A stretch of DNA of 64,000 nucleotides from a bacterium. Its GTDB lineage: Bacteria; Zhuqueibacterota; Zhuqueibacteria; Residuimicrobiales; Krinioviventaceae. The notes below the pieces were generated by a model, which saw only the letters and a program-made list of their open reading frames with translations, was not told where the DNA came from and did no database searches. Location: positions 2,688,001 through 2,752,000 of the forward strand of contig OY843751.1 of NCBI GenBank assembly GCA_963693055.1. Direction: 5' to 3'. A program made the translations under genes and the position numbers. This document shows positions 49,442-57,971 of this stretch, piece by piece (position 1 is the stretch's first letter; each line of letters begins with the position of its first letter).

Positions 49442-50857
49442 ATGAAGCAGTTTTCTTTACAAATACTCGTTACTATTGTCCTGATTTCTACTGCGTTTGC
49501 TGGATTCGCATGGTGGTTGTTTAGTGATCCTACTGCAGAATTTTCTGTGAATTTACCCGGAATGGATAATCGCCCGGCTAATCTCAAAAGTGCTGCTTCC
49601 ATGGTTGAAATTGGAGAATTTTACCAATGGTATGATTCTTTAAAAACCGATCTTGCCGGAAAATGGCCCCGGTTCCGCGGCAGCAATTTTGATAACAAGA
49701 GCACTATGCAGGTTGATGTGGATTGGGGTGATCAGGGACCTCAAATCTCCTGGTCAGTTGACTTGGGTGAGGGACATGCAGCTCCGGCAATTTATAACGG
49801 CAAAGTATATCTGTTGGATTATGATGAAGCTGAACGGACAGATGTTCTAAGATGTTTTTCTCTTAAGGATGGTACCGAGTTGTGGCGACGTTGGTATAAG
49901 AATCCCTTAAAACGTAATCACGGCATGTCTCGTACTATTCCCGCAGTAAATGATAAATATGTTGTAACAATCGGGCCCAATTGTCATGTAATGTGTGTAG
50001 ATGCTGATTCCGGTAGCTTCCGATGGGGAATAAATCTTGTTGACGAGTACGATACCAAAGTTCCGCTGTGGTATACCGGTCAATGTCCACTACTGGAAGA
50101 CTCTATTGCTGTAATTGCGCCTGGTGGCAAAGATCTTGTTATTGGTGTGGACTGTGATAGTGGAAATGTTGTCTGGCGAACTCCGAATCCTAATAATTGG
50201 GGCATGTCTCATTCTTCAATCATGCCTATGATCTTTAACGATAAAAAAATGTATGTCTATTGTGCGTTTGGTGGTATTGTTGGAATTTCAGCAGAGGAGG
50301 AGGACAAGGGAACAATTCTTTGGGAATCCTCTGAATGGAATCCTAATGTTATTGCACCATCGCCTGTGATTTTACCAGATGGACGGATATTTGTTACTGC
50401 CGGATATGGCGCAGGCTCTATGATGTTTCAGCTTGCATACGAAAATGGAGAATATCATTTAAACTCGCTGGACAAGCTTACCCCAAAAGATGGACTTGCT
50501 TCCGAGCAACAAACTCCTATATTATATGATGGGCACTTGTTTTGTGTGCTGCCCAAAGATGCTGGTCCGGATCGCAATCAACTGGTTTGTGTTGATCCTG
50601 ATGATGTGCGATCATTTGTCTGGACTAGTGGCAAAACCACGCGCTTTGGATTAGGCCCATTTATCTTGCTGGATGATAAATTTTTTGTTCTCAGTGATGA
50701 AGGCGAGCTGACTGTATTAAAAGCGAGTGTGCAATCTTATAAGGAAATTGCTAAAGCAAAAATTCTGGACGGACACGATGCATGGGGTCCCATAGCTGTA
50801 GCTGATCACCGCATGTTATGTCGTGATTCCAAAAAACTGGTTTGTATTGAATTATAG
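49442..50857 (+). CDS. Membrane-anchored PQQ-binding-like beta-propeller protein 3
   Basis: N-terminal hydrophobic anchor, WPRFRG and PQQ-like blades. Confidence 0.82.
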   Translation: MKQFSLQILVTIVLISTAFAGFAWWLFSDPTAEFSVNLPGMDNRPANLKSAASMVEIGEFYQWYDSLKTDLAGKWPRFRGSNFDNKSTMQVDVDWGDQGPQISWSVDLGEGHAAPAIYNGKVYLLDYDEAERTDVLRCFSLKDGTELWRRWYKNPLKRNHGMSRTIPAVNDKYVVTIGPNCHVMCVDADSGSFRWGINLVDEYDTKVPLWYTGQCPLLEDSIAVIAPGGKDLVIGVDCDSGNVVWRTPNPNNWGMSHSSIMPMIFNDKKMYVYCAFGGIVGISAEEEDKGTILWESSEWNPNVIAPSPVILPDGRIFVTAGYGAGSMMFQLAYENGEYHLNSLDKLTPKDGLASEQQTPILYDGHLFCVLPKDAGPDRNQLVCVDPDDVRSFVWTSGKTTRFGLGPFILLDDKFFVLSDEGELTVLKASVQSYKEIAKAKILDGHDAWGPIAVADHRMLCRDSKKLVCIEL

Positions 50858-50864
50858 GTTAATC

Positions 50865-51845
50865 ATGAAACCCAAATCCATACAAAACTTGATTACTACT
50901 TTGATTGTTATTGGTATTATATTAATAATTACCATTGTAGGTTATCGTTCTCTTGCGTTTAAACCGGGTCCTGATACATCAGAAAATCCATACGAATACA
51001 ATATTGATAAATTCAAACACGTTCCGGAGAATTTAAAACATTACCAGGAATTAAAACCCATATCTGCAAGTAACATCAAAGCTATTGCAACAGACATTCA
51101 GAATCAACTTTATATAGTTCAAGACGAATCCCTAATTTTATACTCTAATGCAGGTAAAAGATTGTCTATTTTTGATGTGCCTGCTCAGGTACAATGCATA
51201 ACTGTGGATTCACAGGGCAAAATCTATCTGGGTGTTCATGATCATGTCCAGGTTCTAGACAATGATGGGCGTTCAGTAATGAGTATTGATGCATTTGACA
51301 GAAACTCTATTGTAACCTCTGTTGCTGTAACTCCCGAGTTTATCTATATAGCCGATGCAGGCCCCCAACGTGTATTACAATACAATCATAGAGGGCAACT
51401 GGTGAATACTATTGGGGGTAAAGATGATGCCAAAGATATACCGGGTTTACTCATCCCAAGTCCCTATTTCGATGTTGCTATTGATCCTGATGGATTTTTA
51501 TGGGTTGCTAATCCTGGTAGGACTCAACTGGAGAATTACACCCCTGAAGGTAATCTAAGGTCCTTTTGGGGACTATCCGGCATGGATTTGGAAGGATTCA
51601 GTGGGTGTTGTAATCCTTCTCATTTTGCTATTTTATCAGACGGCTCTTTTGTTACCAGCGAAAAGGGGTTAGCACGTATCAAGATACATGATAGAACCGG
51701 CAAGCTTGTTTCTGTTGTTGCCGGTCCTAAAATGTTTAATAATAATCCTGGAGTGATGGATATAGCTGTTGATTCCAAAGGTCGCATATATATTGCAGAC
51801 CCCAAGCGCAACCAGGTACGTATTTTTGAAAAAAGTCAGGTGTAA
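50865..51845 (+). CDS. Membrane-anchored NHL-repeat beta-propeller with GCCNP motif
   Basis: N-terminal TM; NHL blades (VAIDPDGFLWVAN, IAVDSKGRIYIAD); FSGCCNPSH. Confidence 0.8.
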   Translation: MKPKSIQNLITTLIVIGIILIITIVGYRSLAFKPGPDTSENPYEYNIDKFKHVPENLKHYQELKPISASNIKAIATDIQNQLYIVQDESLILYSNAGKRLSIFDVPAQVQCITVDSQGKIYLGVHDHVQVLDNDGRSVMSIDAFDRNSIVTSVAVTPEFIYIADAGPQRVLQYNHRGQLVNTIGGKDDAKDIPGLLIPSPYFDVAIDPDGFLWVANPGRTQLENYTPEGNLRSFWGLSGMDLEGFSGCCNPSHFAILSDGSFVTSEKGLARIKIHDRTGKLVSVVAGPKMFNNNPGVMDIAVDSKGRIYIADPKRNQVRIFEKSQV

Positions 51846-51847
51846 AC

Positions 51848-52048
51848 ATGCTCAATCGTCGTCAATGGCTGAATAATATTTTCAGATATGGCTTACTCGC
51901 ATTGATAAGCGGTACATCCGTTTACCTAAGTGCAAGAGATCGCAAAGACAGTTATACGTTAGATTGTAATGGTGTCTGTAAATCGTGTGATTCTGCTTCA
52001 AACTGTGATCTTGTTGCTAAAGAAAATGTATCATCAACTCTAAAGTAA
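51848..52048 (+). CDS. Small Cys-rich protein with twin-arginine-like N-terminus
   Basis: MLNRRQWL, a hydrophobic stretch, then CxxxCxxCxxxxxC. Fits exactly between the flanking genes (2-nt gaps). Confidence 0.7.
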   Translation: MLNRRQWLNNIFRYGLLALISGTSVYLSARDRKDSYTLDCNGVCKSCDSASNCDLVAKENVSSTLK

Positions 52049-52050
52049 AT

Positions 52051-52653
52051 ATGAATATTAAAGAGAATAAACCGGTAAATCGCAGACAGTTTATTAAAAA
52101 CGGACTGCATACGTCTGCTGCTATCAGTATTGGCGGTTTTGCAGGATACGCAATGCAGCGCTCATCCAAATCAGATATGGTTTGGCAGATTGATCCTGAA
52201 AAATGTATACAGTGTGAGAATTGTGCTACCCAATGTGTTCTTGCTCCATCTGCTGTCAAATGTGTACATGCATATGCAATGTGTGGTTACTGTGATTTAT
52301 GCGGTGGCTATCATCGTCCCGGAACCAAAAGACTGGACACTGCTGCAGAAAGTCAACTTTGCCCCACAGGCGCTATACAACGTAAATTCATTGAAGATCC
52401 CTATTTTGAATATAGAATTGATGAAGAGCTCTGTATCGGTTGCGCAAAATGTGTAAAGGGATGTGGTTCATTTGGAAACGGATCACTTTTTTTACAGGTA
52501 CGTCATAATATCTGTGTAAACTGCAACGAATGTGCAATAGCCAAAGCATGCCCGGCCGATGCGTTTGTCCGAGTACCTGCTGATAGCCCATATTTATTCC
52601 GCGGTGAATTCAAATCCATACAATTGAATGAAGGAAGCGGGGAAGAGGCATAG
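52051..52653 (+). CDS. Tat-signal polyferredoxin (about 4x[4Fe-4S], NapG/MauM-like architecture)
   Basis: NRRQFIK signal; 17 Cys in CIQCENCATQC, CGYCDLC, LCP, CIGCAKCVKGC and CVNCNEC...CP. Confidence 0.82.
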   Translation: MNIKENKPVNRRQFIKNGLHTSAAISIGGFAGYAMQRSSKSDMVWQIDPEKCIQCENCATQCVLAPSAVKCVHAYAMCGYCDLCGGYHRPGTKRLDTAAESQLCPTGAIQRKFIEDPYFEYRIDEELCIGCAKCVKGCGSFGNGSLFLQVRHNICVNCNECAIAKACPADAFVRVPADSPYLFRGEFKSIQLNEGSGEEA

Positions 52654-53948
52654 TGAAAAAGGCGATTTTCTTTCTATTGTTAATAATTCAACTGGCCCCT
52701 GTTGCATTTTCACAGGTGCAGCGGTTCCCCAAGCCTGATTTTGAATCCGGATATGAACAACCTGTTCCTACACAACCGGCACCCCGAGCGGCCGTTTGGG
52801 ATTATATTGATATTTTAGTCTTAATATCTGCCATGAGTTTGATTACCTGGTTTATTTTAAAAAAACGTTCAAGACGTTCTGTTTTTTGGGTTATGATTTT
52901 TTCGTTGCTCTATTTTGGCTTTTTTAAAAAAGGATGTGTCTGTTCGGTGGGATCTGTACAAAACATGGTCCTGGCATTATTTGATTCTGCGTATGCAATA
53001 CCTATAACGGTTGTAGCTTTTTTCTCTATTCCCTTAATATTTGCTTTATTCTTTGGCAGAACTTTTTGTGCCGGTGTTTGTCCCCTGGGTGCACTTCAGG
53101 ACATTGTCGGATTAAAGCCTTTAAAAACACCCGCATGGTTAAATCAGGTTCTGGGTATTGTTCCATACATTTATTTGGGTTTAGCTGTTCTGTTTGCTGC
53201 AACCGGTGCGGGATTTATTATTTGCAGATATGATCCTTTTGTAGGAATATTTCGATTTGGAATGAATTCAAACATGTTCATCTGGGGCATTATTGTACTG
53301 GGTACAGGCGTTTTTATTGCCAGACCGTATTGCAGGTTTCTTTGTCCTTACAGCGTATTATTACGCTGGATGTCTTTATTATCAAGGCACCATTTAACCA
53401 TAACTCCCACAGAATGTATCAACTGCCATCTTTGCTCTGAATCCTGCCCATATGATGCTATTGCTGGACCCTCATCCGAGAAATATCCAGGCAATGTTAC
53501 TACTGAAAAATGGAAACTGGGAGTTATGATAGTGGCAATTCCTATTGTAATGATTATCAGTGGATGGGCATTGTCTCAATTATCGGTGGCATTTTCCCGC
53601 TCACATTATGTTGTGAAAACAGCAGAGCAAATTCGCCTTGAAGATACAGGACAGGTAAATTATACTACAGATGCCAGTGAAGCATTTCGTGGTACCGGAG
53701 AACCAACCTCAGGTTTATACGCACGGGCTTCAAAGGTACAAACGCAATTTAAACTGGGAACTTGGCTGCTGGGGGCTTTTCTGGCATTGGTCATAATGAT
53801 TAAAATAATCAATTTTTATATATGGAAACACAGGGACGGATACACCCCCGACAAAGCATTTTGTGTTAGCTGTGCGCGTTGTGTGGATTATTGTCCTGTT
53901 GAACATGAGCGACTCGCAGAATTAAAAGGAGTAAATCTCATTGAGTAA
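52653..53948 (+). CDS. Polytopic membrane Fe-S protein (NapH/MauN-like)
   Basis: Several TM helices; two CxxxCP motifs (FCAGVCP, YCRFLCP); CINCHLCSESCP and CVSCARCVDYCP. Confidence 0.82.
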   Translation: MKKAIFFLLLIIQLAPVAFSQVQRFPKPDFESGYEQPVPTQPAPRAAVWDYIDILVLISAMSLITWFILKKRSRRSVFWVMIFSLLYFGFFKKGCVCSVGSVQNMVLALFDSAYAIPITVVAFFSIPLIFALFFGRTFCAGVCPLGALQDIVGLKPLKTPAWLNQVLGIVPYIYLGLAVLFAATGAGFIICRYDPFVGIFRFGMNSNMFIWGIIVLGTGVFIARPYCRFLCPYSVLLRWMSLLSRHHLTITPTECINCHLCSESCPYDAIAGPSSEKYPGNVTTEKWKLGVMIVAIPIVMIISGWALSQLSVAFSRSHYVVKTAEQIRLEDTGQVNYTTDASEAFRGTGEPTSGLYARASKVQTQFKLGTWLLGAFLALVIMIKIINFYIWKHRDGYTPDKAFCVSCARCVDYCPVEHERLAELKGVNLIE

Positions 53949-55623
53949 TCCGGAAACAAATAAAAAAATATATGCAATTCTGAATCGGACGATTTTAATC
54001 ACATCCATTTTTCTGATTCTGGTTTCTGTCTTTTTTGTAACCAATTACCTTCAATTGAAATCCAATGACCCTTTAAACAGCCCGGCTTTGGAACAATTAT
54101 ATAAAAATCTGGATTCTGATCCCAATAATGACATGTTGAGAGACCAGATACGCTCATTGGATCTGTTAGCCAGAAAAGCCTATTTTACAAAGCAGTGGCA
54201 AATCAATACCGGTGGTGCGTTATTATTTATTGCAATTATTATTCTGGTAATCGCTTTTAAAATCAAGAGTAATTTGCGACAAAAAGATCCCGGATTAATA
54301 AAGTTGGAAGAAAACTGGGACGATCGGTTAATGACGCGTAAATGGTTATCATTATCCGGTGTAATTTTACTCAGCGTAACTATACTGTTGGCAATTTTAA
54401 CCAATCGTGAAATGGAATCTGCATCCTTTGTTGTCAAAAAACAAAAGAATTTACCTATACCTTCTGAAAACGAGATCATGAAAAATTGGCCGGCTTTTCG
54501 CGGTCCGTTTAGTAATGCTATAGCGCATTATACCAATATTCCTTTGACGTGGGATGGAGAAACCGGCGAAAATATACTCTGGACAGTTGATGTACCTCGT
54601 ATTGGTTTTAATTCTCCAATCCTTTGGGATGATCGACTCTATATGTCTGGTGCTGATGAAGAAGGACAAGAAGTTTTCTGTTTCAATGCTGACAATGGTG
54701 AGTTGATATGGAGAAAGCCGGTGAGTAATGTACCGGGCACTCCCGAAGAATTGCCGGATGTAACAGAAGACACGGGCTTTGCCGCACCTACTATGACAAC
54801 CGATGGAAATTTTGTTTTTTCAATTTTTGCAACTGGTGACCTGGCTTGTTTTGATATGGATGGAAATCAGGTTTGGGTCAAGAATATGGGGCATCCGGAT
54901 AACCATTATGGACACTCTTCATCTTTGATTATGTATGAAAACTTGTTACTCGTTCAATTTGATCAGGCGGATGTTGCATTTGTTGCTGCACTTGACGGTG
55001 CAACAGGAGAAGAAAAATGGAAAACCTTGCGCGATATGGGACTTTCATGGTCATCTCCAATTTTAGCAAAAGTGGGTGATCAATGGCAATTCATCGTTAA
55101 TGCAACCCCTAATGTGGTTGGTTATGATCCTGAAACCGGTGAGGAATTGTGGAGAATGGACTGCCTCAGCGGTGAGGTTGCACCATCATCCGCTTATGCA
55201 GATGGGTTTGTCTATGCCGCTAACGATAATGCAATTCTTGCAGCAATCAAGCTGGGAGATATACCCGAACTTGCATGGGAATATGAAGACGATTTACCGG
55301 ATGTGTGCAGTCTGGTAGCTACCAAAGAGTATGTGTTTATGCCTTCAAGTTGGGGTACAATTACTTGTCTTGATGCTAAGACAGGTGAAAAATATTGGTT
55401 ACAGGAATTTGATGATGGATTTTACTCTTCGCCTGTCATTGCAGGTGAATATGTAATAGCTATGGATTTGGAGGGTGTCACTCAAATATTCAAGGCGGAT
55501 AAAGAGTTTGAACTGGTTGCTTCCAATTCATTGGGAATGGTAGCAAACAGCACACCTGTGATTGCTGACGGTCGTATATATTTTCGCAGTACGGAAAAGC
55601 TGATATGTATAGGTGAAAAATAG
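53941..55623 (+). CDS. PQQ-binding-like beta-propeller protein 4 with three N-terminal TM helices
   Basis: Three hydrophobic segments, then WPAFRGP, YGHSSS, WSSP and FYSSP blades; very acidic. Confidence 0.82.
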   Translation: MSNPETNKKIYAILNRTILITSIFLILVSVFFVTNYLQLKSNDPLNSPALEQLYKNLDSDPNNDMLRDQIRSLDLLARKAYFTKQWQINTGGALLFIAIIILVIAFKIKSNLRQKDPGLIKLEENWDDRLMTRKWLSLSGVILLSVTILLAILTNREMESASFVVKKQKNLPIPSENEIMKNWPAFRGPFSNAIAHYTNIPLTWDGETGENILWTVDVPRIGFNSPILWDDRLYMSGADEEGQEVFCFNADNGELIWRKPVSNVPGTPEELPDVTEDTGFAAPTMTTDGNFVFSIFATGDLACFDMDGNQVWVKNMGHPDNHYGHSSSLIMYENLLLVQFDQADVAFVAALDGATGEEKWKTLRDMGLSWSSPILAKVGDQWQFIVNATPNVVGYDPETGEELWRMDCLSGEVAPSSAYADGFVYAANDNAILAAIKLGDIPELAWEYEDDLPDVCSLVATKEYVFMPSSWGTITCLDAKTGEKYWLQEFDDGFYSSPVIAGEYVIAMDLEGVTQIFKADKEFELVASNSLGMVANSTPVIADGRIYFRSTEKLICIGEK

Positions 55624-55625
55624 AA

Positions 55626-57971
55626 ATGACACAGAAATTGAATATTAATGATATAGATACTATTGTACATTCTATTGGTACGGGGCAGGAAAATGTAATA
55701 TCTATTTTACAGGCAATCCAGAACCAATACAAATATTTACCCCAGGATGCATTAAAACGCGTTTGTGAAATCAGTGATATAACACCGGCATCTATTACAG
55801 GTGTTTCTACTTTTTATTCTCAATTCAGACATACTCCCGTTGGTGAACACAGTATCCATGTTTGCGTAGGCACAGCCTGCCATGTTAAAGGTGCCGAGCT
55901 TGTTTATGATTCATTTAAACGACATCTGGATATTGCAGGCTCCAATGACACAGACTCTCATAAACAATTTACCGTACAAAAAGTAGCCTGCCTGGGATGC
56001 TGTACACTTGCCCCAGTTGTACAAATTGATGATATTACTTATGGTCATGTCCAACCTGACAATATACCGGGTATCATCCAGGATTTTAAGAAATATGCCG
56101 GTAAAAAAGTAAGACAAAAGATCCCCAAGAAATGGGAGCATGACCATTATGGAGAAATCCGTTTGGGATTGGGTTCTTGTTGTATTGCCGGAGGAAGCGG
56201 CCAAGTACAGGAAGAATTACTAAAAACCCTTACTGATCAGCGCATCCCCATTGATGTAAAGCGTGTAGGTTGCGTGGGCATGTGCCATCAAACGCCGTTG
56301 CTGGAAATTGATACACCGGGTCACGAGCCTATCATGTATACCAATGTTCAGGCAGAAGATGTTAATGAAATCATCACACGTCATTTTCGTCCCAAAGGCA
56401 TACATCTGGTAACACAAAAAGTCGATGACTGGCTGCACAGTCTGATTACAGACAAGCATAATGTAAATATACCTCATTATCCGGTTCATATGCGTGATGA
56501 ACCCATATCTACCTTTTTAGGGCCACAAGTACATATTGCTACTGAGCATTCCGGTACTATTGATCCGGTCAGTCTGGAAGAATATGTTGAAAAAGGTGGA
56601 TTTTCAGCCCTTGAAAAATGCATCAAATCTCAAACACCTGATGAGATTATTCAGTCAATCAAAACAAGCGGATTAAAAGGCAGGGGAGGCGCAGGTTTTC
56701 CAACCTGGAAAAAGTGGGACATTGTAAAAAATATTGAGCATAATGATAAAGTCGTAATATGTAATGGAGACGAGGGTGATCCTGGTGCCTTTATGGATCG
56801 GATGCTCCTGGAATCCTACCCATTTCGCATTATAGAAGGTTTATCTATTGCAGCTTTTGCTGTCGGCGCTAAAACGGGATATCTGTATATCCGTGCAGAG
56901 TATCCTCTTGCGGTAAAACGTATTAGAGATGCACTGCAAAAATGTTATGAGACCGGGTATCTGGGTAAAAATATTCTAAATTCAGGTTTTTCTTTGGATT
57001 TAAAAGTTAAAGAGGGTGCAGGTGCATTTGTTTGTGGTGAAGAAACCGCTCTTATCGCTTCCATTGAAGGAAAGCGGGGTATGCCTCGCATCCGTCCACC
57101 ATATCCTGCAGAAAAAGGATTATGGGAAAAACCTACCCTTGTTAATAATACGGAAACAATATCACTTGTTCCATGGATTTTCAGAAATTCACCTGAAACT
57201 TTTGCCAAGCTGGGCACGGAATCCAGTAAAGGGACCAAGGTATTTGCGCTTGCGGGCAAGATCGCCAGAGGTGGATTGATTGAAGTACCCATGGGCATCA
57301 GCATTCGACAAATTGTGGAGGATATTGGCGGCGGCATTGCAAATGGTAAAAAATTTAAAGCAGTACAGATCGGTGGTCCTTCAGGAGGATGTGTACCTGC
57401 GGAATTGGCCCATATCGGTATTGATTTTGAGGAGTTAGATCAGGTAGGCGCCATGATGGGCTCGGGTGGCTTGCTGGTAATGGATGAAAATGACTGTATG
57501 GTTGATATTGCCCGGTATTTCCTCAGCTTTACCCAGGACCAATCTTGCGGCAAGTGTACTTTTTGTCGGGTGGGTACCAAACGTATGCTTGAAATTTTGG
57601 ATAGAATTGTAGCTGGTAAAGGTAATTTAAAGGATTTGGATGATCTGGAATACCTGGCTCACCAAACCAAAGCCGGTAGTTTATGCGGATTGGGTAAAAC
57701 TGCACCGAATCCGGTTTTAACCACATTAAAATATTTCAGACATGAATATGAGGAACATCTTGAAGGTAAATGCAGAGCAAAAAAATGCTCGGCATTGATC
57801 CAATATTCTATTAACGATAACTGTATCGGTTGCACAAAATGTGCTCAAGAGTGCCCGGTAGATGCTATTCCTGTTAAACCCTATGAAAAGCATGTGATTG
57901 ATGCTGAATTATGTATAAAATGTGATACCTGTGTACAGGTTTGTCCGGTTAATGCGGTTGAGGTGAATTAA
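55626..57971 (+). CDS. Fused NuoE-thioredoxin-like [2Fe-2S]-NuoF (HydC-HydB type) NADH/FMN subunit with C-terminal 2x[4Fe-4S]
   Basis: NuoE motifs CVGTAC and CLGCC; Trx-like SCC and GCVGMC; GRGGAGFP, CNGDEGDPGAFMDR, FVCGEETAL, GGPSG and SCGKCTFC; CIGCTKC and CIKCDTC. Confidence 0.9.
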   Translation: MTQKLNINDIDTIVHSIGTGQENVISILQAIQNQYKYLPQDALKRVCEISDITPASITGVSTFYSQFRHTPVGEHSIHVCVGTACHVKGAELVYDSFKRHLDIAGSNDTDSHKQFTVQKVACLGCCTLAPVVQIDDITYGHVQPDNIPGIIQDFKKYAGKKVRQKIPKKWEHDHYGEIRLGLGSCCIAGGSGQVQEELLKTLTDQRIPIDVKRVGCVGMCHQTPLLEIDTPGHEPIMYTNVQAEDVNEIITRHFRPKGIHLVTQKVDDWLHSLITDKHNVNIPHYPVHMRDEPISTFLGPQVHIATEHSGTIDPVSLEEYVEKGGFSALEKCIKSQTPDEIIQSIKTSGLKGRGGAGFPTWKKWDIVKNIEHNDKVVICNGDEGDPGAFMDRMLLESYPFRIIEGLSIAAFAVGAKTGYLYIRAEYPLAVKRIRDALQKCYETGYLGKNILNSGFSLDLKVKEGAGAFVCGEETALIASIEGKRGMPRIRPPYPAEKGLWEKPTLVNNTETISLVPWIFRNSPETFAKLGTESSKGTKVFALAGKIARGGLIEVPMGISIRQIVEDIGGGIANGKKFKAVQIGGPSGGCVPAELAHIGIDFEELDQVGAMMGSGGLLVMDENDCMVDIARYFLSFTQDQSCGKCTFCRVGTKRMLEILDRIVAGKGNLKDLDDLEYLAHQTKAGSLCGLGKTAPNPVLTTLKYFRHEYEEHLEGKCRAKKCSALIQYSINDNCIGCTKCAQECPVDAIPVKPYEKHVIDAELCIKCDTCVQVCPVNAVEVN

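Noticed and set aside
50865-53948. Methylamine-dehydrogenase-like (TTQ) system suggested by propeller, small Cys-rich Tat peptide and MauMN-like pair
   Set aside because: The small peptide has no Trp in its mature part, and no MauG-like di-heme protein or radical SAM enzyme is visible.
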